The translations under genes and the position numbers were made by a program. The notes beneath the pieces are model-generated. The model was given only the letters and a program-made list of their open reading frames with translations. It had not been told where the DNA came from and did no database searches. A stretch of DNA of 14,236 nt. Origin: a virus. This document shows, one piece after another, positions 12,500 to 14,236 of the stretch. The DNA is taken from the IMG/VR virus record IMGVR_UViG_3300045116_000511; one strand, 5' to 3'. Position 1 is the stretch's first letter; the number at the start of each line of letters is the position of its first letter.

Positions 12500-12758
12500 A
12501 CGACTTGGACCTTGTAAATTGCTTTTGAGACGGCTGGCATGCCTATCGCCACCACTTTCTCCTGGCTGGAACGGGATAACCTGGCTGCCGCCGATATTGT
12601 ATCGGTCTGGAATGCGTTTACGTCTACCCATTAGCCGTAATTCTAACATTTTGCCGCTGAATGTCATTGAACTACCACACTCACAAGTGGTGGGGATTCC
12701 CAAACTTCTATGCGACCTTTGGTCGCAAGGGTCTCTGGTGAGCCAGATTCAAGTGGCT

Positions 12759-12787
12759 CATTTGTTGAACATCTAGCTCAACAAATG
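12759..12787. other. Perfect 10-bp stem hairpin (catttgttga / tcaacaaatg, 9-nt loop), one of a cluster of hairpins in a non-coding region.
   Basis: Read directly. Neighbouring hairpins: 12736-12756 (gagcca...tggctc) and 12800-12818 (gctgtctc aaa gagacagc, 8-bp perfect stem). Confidence 0.5.
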
Positions 12788-12913
12788 TTTCGTGACCCTG
12801 CTGTCTCAAAGAGACAGCCAACTGGTCCGAGTGGTTCTCCCTGAATCACGGAAACACGTTTGGATGAGAACATGTAGGAAACCAGTTATGTTATTATACA
12901 CGCTCGCATTCAT

Positions 12914-12940
12914 CCCCGCCCATAAAGGGCGGGGTTTTCT
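12914..12940 (+). terminator. Rho-independent terminator oriented for plus-strand transcription (ccccgccc ataaa gggcgggg TTTT), with no annotated plus-strand gene upstream.
   Basis: 8-bp GC stem, 5-nt loop, T-run 12935-12938. There is no A-run on the other side, so it is unidirectional. Confidence 0.55.
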
Positions 12941-12953
12941 GCGAGCTATCTAT

Positions 12954-12989
12954 AAAAAAGCCCTGTCCCGGTTTGCGCCGAGACAGGGC
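12954..12989 (-). terminator. Rho-independent terminator for the minus-strand SPFH gene that ends at 13012.
   Basis: On the minus strand: stem gccctgtc / gacagggc (8 bp, 14-nt loop) followed by TTTTTT (the reverse complement of aaaaaa at 12954-12959). It lies 22 nt downstream of the TAA at 13012-13014. Confidence 0.65.
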
Positions 12990-13011
12990 GGGATCAGGAG
13001 GGGGACACGAG

Positions 13012-14236
13012 TTAGTCTGTGTCGCTCTCAGTGGACTGGATGCCAGCGCCGAGCCGGTTTACAATGTTCGCCAACGGAGTCCCGTTAAAGACCTTCGTCA
13101 GCACCTCAACCACGCTCTCGCCGCCAATCAGTGACTGGATCGAAATCGCCTTTGCCGCCTTGGTCAGCACATCGTCGCGATTCAGAGCCAGCAGAGCCTC
13201 TGCCATCTTGCCATCGGCAGCTTTGAAGCGACTGATGGTTGATTCGCTCTCTGCCACAAGTTGCCTCAAAGTCAGCTCCAGACGTTTCTGCTCAACGTCA
13301 TGGTCATGACCGTCTTTCTCCACCACTCGCTTCATGTTGGCGTTGTGACGGATGTCCTCGACTACCTCATTGGCTTGAGCCTGCTTTTGCTGTCCCTCAA
13401 CCTTCTTCATGATGGCTTCGAGATTCTGCGCCTCGACTTCCATTTCCTTACGCAGAATCTCTTGTTCTGTGGACAGCTGCTGTTTGCGGGTATCCGCAGT
13501 CGCCACATTGACTTGCTGGTTCAGTTTCTCCTGCTCCAGCTTGCCCGACACATTACGCCGAGCATTCTGCAAGTCAATGTTGGCTTTCACCGCCGCAAAC
13601 TGCGCCGACATGAGCAGATTTGCGACGTTCTGGTCAGCAATTGTGAAACCCAGGACTTCGACATCCTGGACGATCATGCCGTTTTCCTTGAAAGGCATGC
13701 CCTTGCGGACGCCCTCGACCGAGTGGCCCAGAATGGCGTCACGAATGATCGGGACGTGATTAGCATAGAACTCTTCGATTGTGTGAGTCTTGACCACACC
13801 TTTGAGGACCGAGCGGACGTGATCGCAAAGCAGCTTGACGTAGTTCTCGACTTCAAACCACTTGTCCGGCTCACCGTCGAAGTTAACGAGCAGCGAAATC
13901 TTCACGGAGACCGAAACGTGATCGCTGGTCTCGACATCGATGATGTCAGAAACTTTGTTGTTGCGCGTCCGCAAGTAAACAGTGCGCTCCAACTTGTCGG
14001 TATTCTTCGGCTTGCCTGTTGACAGTTCCAGCACTTCCAGTGACTCGTCGTAGTCAAGCAGAATCGTAGTCGGACCCTGCTCAACGCGCCGACCACCTTT
14101 CTTGTCTACCACCATGACGGCATACCCTGTCCACACGTTGATGGTGGGGACGCCATCATATTTGGTATCCAAGGTGATCGAGCGGGGCTGCGTATACGAC
14201 GTACCACGCTTGATTGTATCTGCTGCGGATAGTTGG
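13012..14236 (-). CDS. Second SPFH/band-7 domain protein (C-terminal >400 aa); the 5' end lies beyond the window.
   Basis: The track 'start' at 14172 is TTG and the frame stays open to the window edge (..QLSAADTIKRGTSYTQPRSITLDTKYDGVPTINVWTGYAVMVVDKKGG..). SPFH-like core (...VPIIRDAILGHSVEGVRKGMPFKENGMIVQDVEVLGFTIADQNVANLLMSAQFAAVKANIDLQNARR...), then a Gln/Glu/Lys-rich coiled coil. TAA at 13012-13014. Confidence 0.8.
   Translation of the reverse strand, partial: QLSAADTIKRGTSYTQPRSITLDTKYDGVPTINVWTGYAVMVVDKKGGRRVEQGPTTILLDYDESLEVLELSTGKPKNTDKLERTVYLRTRNNKVSDIIDVETSDHVSVSVKISLLVNFDGEPDKWFEVENYVKLLCDHVRSVLKGVVKTHTIEEFYANHVPIIRDAILGHSVEGVRKGMPFKENGMIVQDVEVLGFTIADQNVANLLMSAQFAAVKANIDLQNARRNVSGKLEQEKLNQQVNVATADTRKQQLSTEQEILRKEMEVEAQNLEAIMKKVEGQQKQAQANEVVEDIRHNANMKRVVEKDGHDHDVEQKRLELTLRQLVAESESTISRFKAADGKMAEALLALNRDDVLTKAAKAISIQSLIGGESVVEVLTKVFNGTPLANIVNRLGAGIQSTESDTD

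Noticed and set aside
12449-12776. ORFs 12449-12703 (-, TTG start) and 12519-12776 (+, TTG start).
   Set aside because: Gly/Arg/Ser/Pro-rich or Leu-rich low-quality composition. The first contains a consensus promoter and the second ends inside a perfect hairpin. Treated as non-coding; a low-probability alternative is that the minus-strand one is a real small gene.
9434-12989. Three hairpins sharing a CTGTC...GACAG stem (9436-9451, 12800-12818, 12960-12989), considered as LexA-like CTGT-N8-ACAG boxes.
   Set aside because: The spacings are N6, N9 and N16, not N8, and the flanks do not match the SOS-box consensus. Probably independent hairpins.
12792-13088. Plus-strand ORF 12792-13088.
   Set aside because: It reads straight through two intrinsic terminator hairpins and the 3' end of the SPFH gene.
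13019-14096. Plus-strand ORFs 13019-13309, 13261-14022 and 13409-13759, and minus-strand ORFs 13674-13874 and 13902-14096, inside the second SPFH gene.
   Set aside because: They are antisense or alternative-frame artefacts of a long gene with clear domain content.
1-14236. Global stop-codon reassignment (TAG or TGA as sense) as the explanation for the in-frame stops.
   Set aside because: TAG terminates the SPFH gene and the 6025 gene, and TGA and TAA terminate many well-coupled genes. Reassignment would wreck the otherwise tight operon structure.
1-14236. tRNA genes and CRISPR arrays.
   Set aside because: No T-loop-like GGTTCGAATCC/GTTCAAATCC motifs with matching acceptor stems were seen. 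No regularly spaced repeats apart from the 2x18-bp tandem and the A/B pair.

Overview
The window is a phage- or prophage-like region, about 48-52% GC with sharp local deviations. Almost every credible gene is on the minus strand in one long, tightly coupled co-directional cluster with ATGA or short overlaps between genes; the single confident exception is an AT-rich homing-endonuclease-like gene on the plus strand.

Recognisable products, all from my own reading of the translations: an N-terminally complete but 3'-truncated parallel beta-helix (tail-spike/depolymerase-like) protein at 1-1261; a small two-TM holin-like protein; a flotillin-like SPFH/band-7 protein with its own promoter, preceded by a zinc-ribbon/2-TM protein and followed by a membrane-anchored small protein; an Rnl2/Rnl5-like ATP-dependent RNA ligase (motif I EKIHGAN, N-terminal OB-like domain); a DnaJ J-domain protein (HPD motif) with a separate DnaJ-type CxxCxGxG zinc-finger protein two genes downstream; a SWIM zinc-finger protein; a tandem-HNH nuclease on the plus strand; and a second SPFH-domain protein running off the right edge.

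Most notable observations. Two consecutive minus-strand genes are invisible or truncated in the six-frame ORF track because they lack a canonical start codon: a clear HNH endonuclease at 7783-8217, and a CxxC..CxxC zinc-ribbon extension at 6532-6762 in frame with the 6025-6531 ORF. In each case an in-frame upstream ATG is separated from the body by a premature stop (TAG at 6763-6765, TAA at 8218-8220). The plus-strand HNH cassette is flanked by about 117-bp diverged duplicate copies of the 3' end of the SWIM gene, which is an insertion or gene-conversion signature. Further items are a perfect 18-bp tandem duplication in the SPFH leader, a roughly 65% GC island around 3090-3560, a divergent promoter hub with a palindromic operator and a 38-aa hydrophobic peptide gene with a structured leader, and a 550-bp hairpin-dense non-coding region with an orphan plus-strand terminator.

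I found no tRNA genes or CRISPR arrays. The ORF track uses ATG/GTG/TTG as 'M' (checked at 2637, 6531, 7807, 11279, 11427, 12703 and 14172, all TTG), so I re-derived several starts from the sequence. Everything is read from sequence; no database searches were possible and family assignments rest on motif recognition from memory.
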